From: the human T2T-CHM13v2.0 reference genome, Homo sapiens
DNA length: 64,000 bases
Assembly: GCF_009914755.1 (NCBI RefSeq)
Contig: NC_060935.1
Direction: 5' to 3' (one strand)
Below the pieces are notes generated by a model that was given only the letters and a program-made list of their open reading frames with translations, did no database searches and was not told the DNA's origin. The translations under genes and the position numbers were made by a program. This document shows, piece by piece, positions 17,713 through 35,096 of the stretch (positions are counted from its first letter, which is position 1; each line of letters starts with the position of its first letter).

Positions 17713-18599
17713 GTAAGTATATTTCTTCAGCCCTGCTTTTCAGCAAATAGTGGGACTGCAGAGCAGGCTGACATTTGTCTTAGCTACCCAAGAAGGACCA
17801 AAATTGCCTTCCTGTTAGGTTTTGCCTGCATGTTTAGTTATGAGACAGCCTGAGACCCTGTTTTTCTTTCGTATTAGCTGACCTCGGTATTAACCTCACC
17901 TTCCCTCCTCCCCTTCTTTTTTTGGTTTCTGGTTTTCCTTTTCAATTTGTTACAAGTACGCTTAAAGCACGAAGGCGTTGCAGTTGTTAGAGATTATTTT
18001 GTTCTCTGGCGGTTTCAGTTATCTTGACTTTAAGCTTTCTTCCTCTTAGACAAATAATATAGGCAGCTGTCATATCTGAGGGTTTTAAATTCTTGTTAAC
18101 CTTTTAACTTATTGTGATTAAGATGAATTTGAAAAGAAAGCCATTTCCTCTATTTAAGAATTGCCTTGGCAAGAAGTTGGAAATCCTAGAACCTTGTTGC
18201 AAAGGAATGTGTCGCTATTTGTTATGAATGAGTCTGGTTGGGTCCAGTGAAACCTTCCTATTGCTAATGTGCAATTAGGTATCTTCAGTGAGGGAGAGAC
18301 TGTCCTCTAAGCAAAGCAGCTAAAGCTCCAGGGGCAAAGGGCAGAGCGAATAAGCAGGGGCCTGGGTCATCTATTTTGTTCTCTGGCCTGAAAGCATTTG
18401 ACTGCTCATCTCACATCCCTTCTTTGCCCTCAGTCGTTAGATATTAGGTCTACTGTGGTTGAATGAGACTGTCTACAAAAGGGTTCCAGTGCTCACCAAA
18501 AGCTGTTTGTAAATACGAAGTATTACATATTATCTTTCCTAAGGTTGTGAGAACCTAGAAGAACTGCCTTTGATTAATGCTAGAAAACAGCTCTTATGA

Positions 18600-19160
18600 G
18601 ACATAAAGTTCATTTAATAATCCCACAAATGCTTACGAGCAACTATTCTATACCAGGCAGTTTTCTAGCTTTTTGGAAATAGAGTGGTGAACAAAATAGA
18701 TGAACATCTCTGCCTTCATAGAACTTAGATTCTAGCTGGGCACAGTGGCTCACGCCTGTAATCCCAGCACTTTGGCTGAGGCAGGTGGATTACTTGAGCT
18801 CAGGAGTTCAAGACCAGCCTGGGCAACATGTTGAAATCACATCTCTACCAAAAATACAAGATATTAGCCAGGCGTGGTGGTGTGTGTCTGTGGTCCCAGC
18901 TACTCATAAGACTGGGGTGAGAGGATCACTTGAGCCTGGGAGGTGGAGTTTGCAGTGAGCTAAGATCGTGCAACTGCACTCCAGCCTGGGTGACCAAGTG
19001 AGACTCCATCTCAAAAACAAAAAAAAAACAACTCAGATTCTAGTTGGGGAGACATATACTAAATAAGATAACACAAATAAAGGGCAGTATATAGTGAATT
19101 CAGTAGGGACAAATGCTGGGTAGAAAAAACTAAGCAGGGGAAGAAGACAGGAAGTGTCAG
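18600..19160 (-). mobile_element. L2 remnant interrupted by Alu
   Basis: AGTGGTGAACAAAATAGA..TCTGCCTTCATAGAACTTAGATTCTAG. Confidence 0.75.
18735..19030 (+). mobile_element. AluJb-like
   Basis: Dimer; TSD AACT(T/C)AGATTCTA. Confidence 0.93.
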
Positions 19161-19199
19161 GAGTAGTACTGTGGCTTTATTATTATAAATTGTTTCCTT

Positions 19200-19636
19200 T
19201 TAAAAACGATGTGTATTATGCATTAAAGCATTGCTCTGAGAAGGGGTCCTCTGACTTCTCCAGACTGCCAAAGGGACCCTGGCATTGAAAGGGTTAAGGA
19301 GGCTGGGCGCAGTGGTTCACACCTGTAATCCCAGCACTTTGGGAGGCCTAGGTGGATAGATCACTTGAAGTCAGGAGTTTGAAGCCAGCCTAGCCAACAT
19401 GGTGAAATCGTGTCTCTCCTAAAAATACAAACATTAGCTGGGCATGGTGGTGGGCACCTGTAATCCCAGCTACTCAGGAGGCTGAGTCAAGAGAATCGCT
19501 TGAACCCAGGAGGAGAGGTTGCAGTGAGCCGAGATCGCACCACTGCACTCTAGACTGGGCAATAAGAGGAAAACTCCATCTCAAAAAAAAAAAAAAAGAG
19601 AGAAAAGAAAGAAAAAGAAAAGGTTAAGGACCCCTC
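19200..19636. mobile_element. hAT-Charlie MITE end interrupted by Alu
   Basis: CCAGACTGCCAAAGGGACC..AAGGTTAAGGACCCCT resembles a Charlie-type terminus. Confidence 0.5.
19301..19620 (+). mobile_element. AluSx-like
   Basis: Dimer; TSD (A/G)GGTTAAGGA. Confidence 0.94.
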
Positions 19637-19687
19637 ATTAGAGTTACAAGACCAGCCCTCAACATGTGATTAAAAGATGTTTGTTAT

Positions 19688-19990
<303 letters not shown>

Positions 19991-20452
19991 TGTTTGTTTC
20001 CTCTTTGATGCTTTATGTGATAATGATGCGGTAGACTTTCCACATATCTCCCTATTATATCTGGTAATTGTGGCTTTAAATTATTTGAAGCTGTCATTCA
20101 CTTTTGAGACTAGTGTTTGTAGGATGTTTTTTCCATTTGTGTTCTGTAGAACCCCAGGGTACCCTGAAGCCTTTTTGGCACATGTGGGGGTCATTTTAAA
20201 CGTATGTTTGGATTATTCATCTACGTTAGTCTAAACAAGTAATCAGATGCCTGGCTTTGAGGTAGGTATAAGTAAAGAGAATAGACTAAGGGGTTGGTGC
20301 ATATTTATGGAACATAAACAGCATAGATGGTTAACAGATGCTACACACAGGTGAACCACTGATTTAACCTGTTATGTGTATGCCATTGAGCCACTATCAA
20401 GACCTTGAGCTGCTACCTAGTGTCTGTATAAAGATAAGAATTTCCAGCCAGG

Positions 20453-20755
<303 letters not shown>

Positions 20756-20767
20756 GGATATTTTCTA

Positions 20768-20935
20768 GGCCAGGCGTGGTAGCTCACGCCTGTAATCCCA
20801 GCACTTTGGGAGGCTGAAGTGGACCGATCACCTGAGCTCAGGAGTTTAAGACCAGCCTGGGCTTAGGCAACATGGCGAAACCCCATGTCTACAAAAAAAA
20901 AAAAAAAAAAAAAAAAGAAAGAAAAAGAAAAAAAG
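20768..20935 (+). mobile_element. Alu left monomer with long A tail
   Basis: Left arm then A-rich tail; flanks GATATTTTCT/GATATTCT. Confidence 0.88.
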
Positions 20936-21289
20936 ATATTCTGAGCTTATTTTCTCGTTATTTCCTTCTCTCCCTTCCCAAATATTTTTTTGAGCATCTG
21001 TGTCAGCTAGGAATACAGAAACTAAAAAACATTGCTTGCCCTTGTGACTGGGGAGATATAGACAATTGAATAATCAACCACAACATGTTATAGTAAGTGC
21101 TAAGATAAAGGTAGGCACAAGTGTCAGGGAAAACACAGAAGTGGGATGCCTGAGCTGAGTGGGAGTGGGGGTGGCCCAAGAAGGCTTCCTGAACCAGTGG
21201 CACCAGATGGACAAGGGAGAGGCCCCCTACTCCCTGCTTGTCCTCTGCTCTCTTCTGACCGGTAGCGTTAATACTTCTTTGGTTTAATG

Positions 21290-21591
21290 CAGGATCACCA
21301 GACTCTGTGGCCCAAGACCTGTTTTTGTGTAGCCCATAAGACATACCTTTCTAAGTACTATAGCTGAAAAACATCAAAAGAGTAGTAATATTTTGTGACA
21401 TGTGAAAATTATATGAAATTCAAATTTCTGTCTGTAAACCTCACTGGAACACAGCCATGCTCATTCGTTTGTATATGGTCTGTGGCTGCTTTCTCCCTAC
21501 AACGGTAGAATTGAACAGTTGCATCAGAGACCTTATGGCCTGCTAGGCCAGAAATGTTAAGCCCTTTACAGAGAAAGCTTGCTGGCTCCTG
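21290..21591. mobile_element. MER58B-like hAT MITE
   Basis: CAGG..CCTG termini, GTGAAAATTATATGAAATTCAAATTT and TGGAACACAGCCATGCTCATTCG core; flanking TTTAATG duplicated. Confidence 0.82.
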
Positions 21592-21879
21592 TTTAATGCT
21601 TTAACTGCCCTACTGAAAGGCAGGAGGTTGAAAAAATGATGGTAGTCAAAAGGAATGCATGAAATCCTGTTATCTTCTGTTAGCTGATTGCAAGTAGTAC
21701 ACAGGATATATTTGAGACATCTCTTTTCCTATCTCCCACCAAAGGATAATTCAGGCGGATCTCAGTGCACAGGCACAGGCATTTGCCTCATTCTTGTTTT
21801 GTCTGTTTTGAATTTAGTTATGGGAATATTTTAATATCTCTCAAAAATAGGGTATCTGGTGTGAGTCAGAATGATTATA

Positions 21880-22250
21880 GAACATGCTTGCCTGGAGAAC
21901 AGGAAATGCGGGATCCACTCCTGGTGTGCTGTTAGCTGAAGGACGTCAGAACTGTCCTTTAACCTCCCTGCAGGTCTCTAAATGGTAGGATTGTTTGGGG
22001 ATTACACTAGATCATCTCTAGGCACCGTTCAGCTCAGTAGAGACATTGCTGCATGGTGGAAGGAGTGACCTCAGTGTGAATCCTGGTTCTGTCCCTTTCT
22101 GCCCAGGAGACCTTGAGCAGCTTATCTAAATGCTGTGTGCCTTTGTTAGCTCATCTGAAAATGTGGCTGTAAGAATGACCTCATGAGAATGGACTGAGAT
22201 CATATTCTTAAAACTCTTGGCACTAATAGGTATTTAATCTACTATAACTG
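21880..22250 (+). mobile_element. MIR-family remnants
   Basis: TGAATCCTGGTTCTG..GACCTTGAGCA..GTGCCTTTGTTAGCTCATCTGAAAATG core. Confidence 0.6.
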
Positions 22251-22273
22251 TGAAAATTATGTCTGTGAACTCT

Positions 22274-22521
22274 TTTTTTTTTTTTTTTTTGAGACAGAGT
22301 CTCGCTCTGTTGCCCAGGCTGGAGTGCAGTGGCACGATCTCGGCTCACTGCAACCTCTGCCCCCTGTGTGCCACCACTCTCGGCTAATTTTTGTATTTTT
22401 AGTAGAGATGGGGTTTCACCATTATTGGCCAGGCTGTTCTTGAACTCCTGACCTCAAGTGATCCACCTGTCTTGGCCTCCCAAAGTGCTAGGGTTACAGG
22501 CGTGAGCCACTGGACCCAGCC
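22274..22521 (-). mobile_element. AluS-like with about 50-bp internal deletion
   Basis: CTCTGCCCCC joined directly to TGTGTGCCACC in the right arm. Confidence 0.92.
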
Positions 22522-22704
22522 TGAATACTAATTATATACTTCATTTTAATCAAACTCAATTTGTGAAATAGCTGGATTTAGGATTTGCTTAATGAAAGAG
22601 ATATGACGTTCCTTTAAAAGCCAGCTTTTCTACTAGAATCAACATTATTTGAATTACATGCAATTATATGAGATCATATCAATGCATAGGAAGCTAGACA
22701 TGTA

Positions 22705-22900
22705 TTAGATTGTGGTTAAGGGCATACGCTTTGGAGCCATATAATATAGCTGTGGTTCAAAGCCTGGCTTTGCCATTTACTTACTAGCTGTGTATGATCT
22801 TGGCCTTCCATTTCCTCCTGGGAATGATAATAATACTTGCTGTGAAGATTAAATGAAATTACCCATGTGAAATGCTTAGCATGGTACCTAAGTAGTGCCA
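22705..22900 (+). mobile_element. MIR
   Basis: GTGGTTAAG..TTTGGAGCCA..GAAGATTAAATGA..ATGTGAAATGCTTAGCATGGTACC. Confidence 0.8.
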
Positions 22901-23510
22901 CTCTAAAGTTTCATGGCCTCCTACTCTCTGGACACATACCTATCCTCTGTCTGCTAGAACTCCTCACTTCCCTGTTCTCCTAACTTACTTATCCTTCAGA
23001 GCCCAGTTCAAGGGACGTCTTCATGAAGTCCCCCTTGCCCCAGCCCTGTGCTTCCACAGGGCCTGTGCACGCCTCTCTCTGCTTCCCACTGTGTGCGGGC
23101 CCTACCTCCTCCTTTTATTGTGCTTCACTTTCTTGTGCTTCACAGATGCTGCATTTTTTACAGATTGAAGATTTGTGGCAACCCTACGTTGAGTAAGTCT
23201 GTCGGCACTGTTTTTCTAATAGCATGTGCTTACTTTGTATCTCTGTGTCACATTTTGGTAATTCTTGCAGTATTTAAAATTTTTTTATTATTGTGTTGGT
23301 TACGGTGATCAGTGATCTTTGATGCTGCTGTCGTGATTGTTTTGGGGTGCCATGAACCGCATCCGTGCGAGACGTTAGACGTAATTGATAATGTTGGCAT
23401 GTGCTCTGACTGCCCCACTGACTGGCCATTCCCCCATCTCTCTTCCTCTCCTCAGGCCTCCCTATTTCATGAGATACAGTATTGAAATTAGGTCAATTAA
23501 TAACCCTACA

Positions 23511-25313
23511 ATGGCTTTTAAATGTTCAAGTGAAAGGAAGAGTTACGTGTCTCTCACTTTAAATCAAAAGCTAGGAATGATTAAGCTTAGTAAGGAAGGA
23601 ATATTGAAAGCCAAGACAGGCTAAAAACCAGGCATATTGAAAGCCAAGACAGGCTAAAAACCAGGCGTCTTGCAGCAGTTAACTAAGTTGTGAATGTAAA
23701 AGAAAAGTTCCTGAAGGAAATTAAAAGTGCTACTCCAGTGAACTCCGGAATGCTAAGAAAGCAAAACAACCTTATTGCTGATGTGGAGAAAGTTTCAGTG
23801 ATCTGGACAGAAGATCAAACCAGCCACAACATTCCCTTAAGCCTAAGCTTGATTCAGTGCAAGATCCTGACTCTCTTCAATTTTATGAAGGCTCAGAGAG
23901 GTGAGGAAGCTGCAGGAGAAAAGTTTGAAGCTAGCAGAGGTTGGTTCATGAGTTTTAAGTAAAAAAGCAACATAAAAATGCAGGGTGAAGCAGCAAGTGC
24001 TGATGCAGAAGCTGTAGCAAGTAATCCAGAAGATATAGCTAAGGTGGCTAGATGATGAAATGAAGGTGGCTACACTAAACAACAGATTTTCAGTGGAGAT
24101 GAAAGAGTGTTCTGTTGGAAGAAGATGCCATCTAGGACTTTCATAGCTAGAGAGGAGAAGTTAGTGTCTGGCTTCAACATTTCAGAGGACAGGCTGACTC
24201 TCTTGTTAGGGGTGAATGCAGCTGGTGACTTTAAGTTGAAGCCAATGCTCATTGACTATTCTGAAAATTCTAGAGCCCTTAAAAATTATGCTCAATCTAC
24301 TCTGCCTGTGCTCTATAAATGGAACAAAAAAGCCTGGATGACAGCATATCTATTTAGAGCATGGTTTACTGAATATTTAAGCCCACTGTTGAGACCTGCT
24401 CAGAAGAAAAGATTCTTTTCAAAATATTACTGCTCATTGACAGTGCACCTGGTCACCCAAAATTCAGATGGAGATGTACAAAGAAATTAATGTTGTTTTC
24501 ATGCCTGTTAACCACAACATCCATGCAGCAGCCCATGGATAAAGGAATATTTTCAGTTTTCAAGTGTTATTAGTTAAGAAACATTTTGTAAGGTTATAGC
24601 TGCCATAGGTAGTGATTCCTTTCATGGATCTGGGCAAAGTAAATTTAAAACCTTCTGGAAGGGATTCACCATTTTAGATGCCATTAAGAACATTTGTGGT
24701 TCATGGGAGGAGGTCAAAGTATCAACATCAACAGGAGTTTGAAAGAAGTCGATTTCGACTCATGGATGATTTCAAGGTGCTCACGACTTCAGTGGAGGAA
24801 ATAACTGCAAAAGTGGGGGAAATGGCAAGAGAACTAGAATTAGAAGTGGGGTCTGAGGATATGACTGAATTGCTGTAATCTCGAGATAAAATTTGAACAG
24901 ATGTTTCTTGTGGATGAGCAGAGAAAGTGGTTTCTTGAGATGGGACCTACTCCTGGTAAAGATGCTGTGAACACTGTTGAAATGATAATGTATTACAATA
25001 ATTTATAACAATAACTATGTATTACATAAACTTAGTGATAAAGCAGCAGTAAGGTTTGAGAGAACTGAATCCAATTTTGCGAGAAATTCTGCTGTGGGTA
25101 GCATGCTATCAAATGTATTGCATACTTTAGAGAAATCTTTAATGAAAGGAAGAGTCAGTGTGACAAACTTCATTGTCTTATTTTAAGAAATTGTCACAGA
25201 TACCCCAACCTTTAGCAGTCACCATCCTGATCAGTCAGCAGCCATCAACATTGAGGCAAGACCCTCCACCAGGAGAAAGATTGCAACTTGCAGAGGGCTC
25301 AGAAAATTGTTAG
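23511..25313 (+). pseudogene. Disrupted Tigger1 (pogo/CENP-B family, TIGD1-like) transposase
   Basis: Fragments [67 protein letters not shown] in different frames with stops. Confidence 0.9.
23601..23666 (+). repeat. Perfect 33-bp tandem duplication
   Basis: ATATTGAAAGCCAAGACAGGCTAAAAACCAGGC x2. Confidence 0.97.
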
Positions 25314-25314
25314 C

Positions 25315-25946
<632 letters not shown>

Positions 25947-26229
25947 CATTTTTAAATTAAAGTATATACTTTTTTTTTTTTTAAGACAATGCTATTGCAC
26001 AGTTGATAGACTACTGTATAGTGTAAACATAACTTTTATATGCACCGGGAAATAAATAATTTCATGTCACTTGCGTTATTGCAGTGATCTGGAACTAAAG
26101 CCACAATATCTCCAAGGAACTGTTTACTTGCTGTCTCGCTATCAGACTGTGAGACTGTCAAGGGCAGGCATTCTGCGCAGCTTTGGCAATACCGTCTAGT
26201 TGTAAAAAAGACGGAACTGTTTCAGGCCA

Positions 26230-26570
26230 TGGGCATTCTAGTGGGAAGACAAATATTTAATCTCAAGTGTGCAAAATGCTGCCATAGAACAGGAGTGCAG
26301 TGGAGCATAATAGGAGCTCTGGACCTTGTCTGAACACATAAAAGAAGCCTTTTTCCTAAGGAGTGATTGCTTAAGTTGAAACCTGAAGGATGTGTGGGAA
26401 TTAGCTAAGTGAAGAGAAGGAAGAGTTCCAGGCAGAGAAAACTGTGGACATAGTGGCTTTGGGCAAGTTACTCAGCTTCTTCTCTGCTTCAGTGTCTTCA
26501 TCTATAAAATGGGAATAATATAACCTAGAGTTATATAGTTAGGGTTGTTGTGATCATAAAGACAGTATTT
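26230..26570. mobile_element. L2 (antisense) and MIR fragments
   Basis: GAAACCTGAAGGATG..GTTCCAGGCAGAG; TTGGGCAAGTTACTCAGCTT..CTTCATCTATAAAATGGGAATAATA. Confidence 0.65.
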
Positions 26571-26844
26571 TAAGTCATCATCTTCTAATATTTCTGAAGT
26601 GGGGCATAATTGGTTCATTCAGGATAACTTCTGGGTCCACGTTTATGTATTGAATGGCTAAATGTATGGATCTGCTTACTGCACTTTAACCTTGTTCTTT
26701 ACCTGCTCTGAAGCCTTTCTTGCATTTTAATGACAAGAACGGTGTATTTTGCCTTTCAGTGAGTTTGTTAATTATGGAGATCAAACTCTGCCTTTCATTA
26801 CTGCATAAGTCTCATGGTGTGTCAGACATCTTAGGTCAGTGTGT

Positions 26845-27158
26845 GTCATCAGTTAGAATGCTTTCACCTTCAAGAAACAGAAAAGCCAGCTCAATGACTT
26901 AAACACACAGATGTTTATCATTTCAGAAAACAAAAGTCTGGGGCAAGGGTGAGTCCAGTGCTGGTTAACTGAGCAGCCTGGCAAAGGCATCAAGGAGCCA
27001 AGTTCATTTTGCCCTCCTGCTTTGTCATCCTCAGTACAGGCTTGCCCGCTGGCTCCCCATGGTCTCAGGTGGCCTGTCGCAGTTCCAGGTGCCACAGGGA
27101 GACACCAGAACATCCCATTGAGGAGGAGGAACTGTTTCTTTCCATGTCTGTCTCTTTA
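26845..27158 (-). mobile_element. MLT1J/K-like LTR fragment
   Basis: CAGTTAGAATGCTTTC..AACAGAAAA..CTTAAAC and CATCAAGGAGCCAAGTTC motifs. Confidence 0.6.
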
Positions 27159-27258
27159 TTGATGAACATTTGGGTGGCTTCCACCTTTTGTCCATTGTGA
27201 ATAATGCTGCTATGAACATTGGTGAACAATAAATTCTTTTTAAAAATACAGCATCTAG

Positions 27259-27430
27259 GGGCTAAGCTATGAGGATGCAGAGGCATAAGAATGATACAAT
27301 GGACTTTGGGGACTCGGGTGAAAGGGCAGGAGGCAGGTGAGGGATAAAATACTGCAAATTGGGTACAGTGTATACTGCTTGGGTGTTGGGTGCACCAAAA
27401 TCTCAAAAACCTACGGAAATAAAAAATTAA
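27259..27430 (+). mobile_element. L1PB-like 3' terminal fragment
   Basis: GCTAAGCTATGAGGATGCAGAGGCATAAGAATGATACAATGGACTTTGGGGACTC..AATAAA. Confidence 0.85.
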
Positions 27431-27870
27431 AGTACCACATCAATTAATGCGTAGACCAAATCTTATTGCAATTAAATTTCTACTTTTAGCATCATTTGCT
27501 ACAATGAAGTTCTAGTATTTGAAATATTTTGAGCCACTGACTTGCTGTTTAATGGGATTTGATCCCATAGTAAAGAAGATATAAACCAAGTAAGTCAAAA
27601 GGATCTTAGAAGCAATTTTATTCCATCCTCTATTTTGAAGATGTTCTGGATTCAGAGTGATTTTCCAGGGTCAGAGAGCTAAGTCATGTTAAATAATTCA
27701 AAGTGTATGAAAATACACATTACTCACAGATTCAAGTAGAGTAACCAGGGGTGTCTTTTGCCTCTAGTCTTACTCTAACCAGTGTCTAACTATGCCTGTG
27801 TAGATAAAATAAAATAGAAAACTGGGATAATTCAGGTATTCAAGTAATTGAAGAAAATCAGTCCTGTTTA

Positions 27871-28194
<324 letters not shown>

Positions 28195-29974
28195 CTAATA
28201 CTTAGCTTTTAGGTATTTGCTTCAGTAGTCCACTTTATGTGTTAGTGTTCGACATTACTAGTGGGATTTTGCTTCTCATGCTCTATTTTCTGATTTCTAT
28301 CACCAGTGGTTTCATAGTTGTATACAGTAATCTCTGGTTAGAGACAGAGGCAGTGGCCTGCTGGGGAACACACCAGACGGAAAGTGAGAGTTCCTTGTTT
28401 TGGGCTTTACTTTGCCCTTGACTTCCAGTAATCAGGGTGTTTCCTTGTTCTGAAACACGCTTGTGTTAGTCACAACAGGTTCACAACTGGCAGACAGGTA
28501 ATCCCTGAACAAGTAAATCCCAGTGGAACCAGAAAACTGGGTCTTGTTTTCCTTAATTGGAACCTGACTTAGAATCAGCTATTGAACTGGGAAACAAACA
28601 AAAAATAAGTGTTAGCCATTAGAAAATGAATTTAAATTACTGGTCTGTCCCTATTTAGAATTTCTTGCAATCATTTCCACTGTATGTAACACTGAAATCC
28701 TTTGTGGTTGTCTGCTGCAAAAGTGAATCTTTGACCCAGCAACTTTAAATGCTTTTGACACCATTGGGAATTTTGAGAATTGTTAATTTAATCTGCACTT
28801 GTCCTAGGTGGGGGTGGGGATGAGGGAGAAGTGATGTCCTTTTGCATTGGCAGTTATGCTGTTTGTAAGCAGAGGCTTGTGCTTCTGGAACTTATGTTTA
28901 CTAGGGAGTGATTATTAGCATAATAAGTATCATATTCTAGCTTTTATTTCTGGAGGCAGTAAAGAGCCAGCCAAGCAGAGAGAAGAGTGGGAGGTGACTG
29001 GCAGCAAGGGCCTCGTCGCTATTAGTGCAACACTGCTGCGGGTGGAGGAGCTTTTCATCAAAGCAGGAAGAAGGGGAGGCCTTTTCTGCCTATGACTCCA
29101 ACTTCCCTGCATGCCACGTCTTTGCAGGCCTGCAGTGAGGTTAGGATGTAAACGACTTTCTTTTCTTTCCCATCCCAAGCTCATCATGGGTTCTCTCTAA
29201 CTGATTCTTGTTCTCTTAGTAATTATTTAGCTGTCAAGCAGGGACTTGTCCTGACAAGGAGAACGGGAAGGCCCTCTGGTTCCTGTCTACACAATGTCTG
29301 TAGTCCCTTCTCTCAAAGACTCAGTGTTGAGACTCACATGTCTCCCCGAAGGGAAGGAGGAGGCATTCAAGTAGAAACACATTTACGTCAACAGGTTTTC
29401 TGAACCCCCGGTGAATTTTGAGTTCTTAGTGCAACCTTCCCCTGCTTCACCGTTCCTGTTTCTTCTCTGTGCCTCTGTTTTCCGGTTGGGGAAGTGGAAA
29501 GGATCCTGACTCTGGAGGAAAGTGGAGAAGAACCAGTGGGCCCGACTGCATCAAGAGCCTCCCCTTAGCAGAGAACCGCCTGGTCCTCCTCACTCATACG
29601 TGCTGTCTGTGTGCAGGGTGCTCATGGGAGATGTTGAAGAGGTGTAAGAAGGCTTCTTCTCTGTGTAACTGGGGAGCAAGACATGCACACAAAGACAAGT
29701 GCATCAGGGTACGTTCAGTGTGTAACTTAAAATAAGCGACAGACATAGTGTGGTGGGCAGAACTGTGTGTATTTCAGACAGCGGCTCAAGGACTGCTTGT
29801 CTCTTTGTAGGAACACTGTGGGCCAGAATCAGTCTGTTAAATGGGAGTTGATGTCCTGTGACACTTTTCTAGATTAAATCGTCCTAATACTCTACAATAA
29901 ATGCTTTTGTTTTTAGTTACTTGAGGGAAAAGATGGTATTTTTCAAAAAGTGAGACAGAAAAAGGCATATGGGA

Positions 29975-31255
<1,281 letters not shown>

Positions 31256-31274
31256 ATTAAAGTTAGTAAGAAGG

Positions 31275-31729
<455 letters not shown>

Positions 31730-32549
31730 AGTAAGAAGGGTTTTTGTGTATTATACACATAGTGTGGAATCAGTAGTGTCAGAAGTGTGAGGCACCCAGC
31801 ACTGCCAGGCAGCAGGGATTACCTGGCTTGTGCTGCATCTTTATTTTTCCCTTCACCTCAAGTTAACTTTATCGTTCATATTTCTGATTTTGCAGTAGTG
31901 TCTCTAATTTCTCCTTGCAGCTGTAGAGTCAGCTTGAATTTTGTGATGTTTGTCCATGTGTCTGCCATCCAAAAGGACATGCATTTTTATGCTAGAATAA
32001 ATGATGTTAGGAGGACATCTACCCATTTATGATAATTCTTTAAACATTCAATTGGCTACATTATAATAGTCAAGCACTAAGGGTACACCTGAGCTGAAAA
32101 CAATTCAGCTGGATTATAATTTTGATTTATTTTCCATCCAGTCTACCAACCAACCAACCAGTCAGCCAGTCAGCATTTATTGAATGTATTCTTTGCACCA
32201 TCCCCCGAGTTGGGTTTTGGGTGCATGAGGATGAATATGATACAGTCCTGCCCTTAAGGATGTAACTTTCAGGGTGAGAAGATAGCTGTGTATATGTATA
32301 ATTTCAGCAGCATGACAAATGCCATGGTCAAAGTGGGTGCAAGATGCAATATAGTAGGCCGCATTTATACATGTTGGCCTCCTCCCTCCCTCCCCTCTAG
32401 CCCCCTTCCTTACCTGGTAAGTCAAATGAACCAAATGTCAAACAGTTTGGAAAGGAGAGTTGAAGCAGAAGGAAACTTCCTTCTGCCCCTTTGAATTTGT
32501 TACTTTTTCTTCCAATTAAAAATGTGTTATTTTTACAATACCATTATAT

Positions 32550-33919
<1,370 letters not shown>

Positions 33920-34185
33920 CTAATTAGGTTTATATGTGTCTCAAATTTACATCTCCAGTTTGATTTTTTCTCTGATCTCTAAATTTGTATACTCACTGTC
34001 TACCTGATAGCCCCACCTAAATATCTAACAGATATCTCAAACTTAGCATTGCTAAAACTTATTTTATCCCTTCCTCATTAAAAAAAAAAAATCTGTTCCT
34101 CTCCCAATCTTTATTCATCTAAGTACACTTGTCCCTTGGTATCTCTGGGGGATTGGTTCCACGAGCAGCCCTCCACAATGGATAC

Positions 34186-34556
34186 TGATATAGGTTAGCT
34201 GTGTGTCCCCACTCAAATCTCATCTTGAATTGTAATCCCTGAGTGTTAAGGGAGGAACCTGATGGCAAGTGACTGGATTATGGGGGCGGTTTCTTCCATG
34301 CTGTTCTTGTGACAGTGAATGAATTCTCACAAGATCTGATGGTTTTATAAATGGTGCTTTTTTCCTGCGCTCTCACACACCTCTGTCTCCTGCCACCATG
34401 TGAGACAGTCCATGCTTGCTTCCCCTTCACGATGATTGTGAGTTTCCTGAGGCCTCCCCTACCTTGTGGAACTGCGAGTCAATTAAAACCCTTTCCTTTA
34501 TAAATTACCCAGTCTCATGTAGTATCTTTATAGCAGTGTGAAAACGGATTAATACA
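34186..34556 (+). mobile_element. THE1-type (THE1D/MSTA-like) MaLR solo LTR
   Basis: TGATAT..AAATCTCATCTTGAATTGTA..TTTATAAATTACCCAGTCTC..TAATACA; perfect 5-bp TSD GATAC. Confidence 0.92.
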
Positions 34557-34721
34557 GATACCAAAATCCACAGATGCTTAAGTTCCTTATATAGTGACAC
34601 TGTATTTGCATATAACCTACACACATCCTCCCTCGTACTTTAATCTCTTGAATACTTATAATAGTTAATACAATGTAAATGCTATGTAAATTGTTGTTAT
34701 ACTGTATTATTTAGGGAATAA

Positions 34722-35096
<375 letters not shown>

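Noticed and set aside
24107-24490. 127-aa ORF resembling a DDE transposase or TIGD1
   Set aside because: One frame fragment of a Tigger1 fossil with multiple stops and frameshifts; not an intact gene
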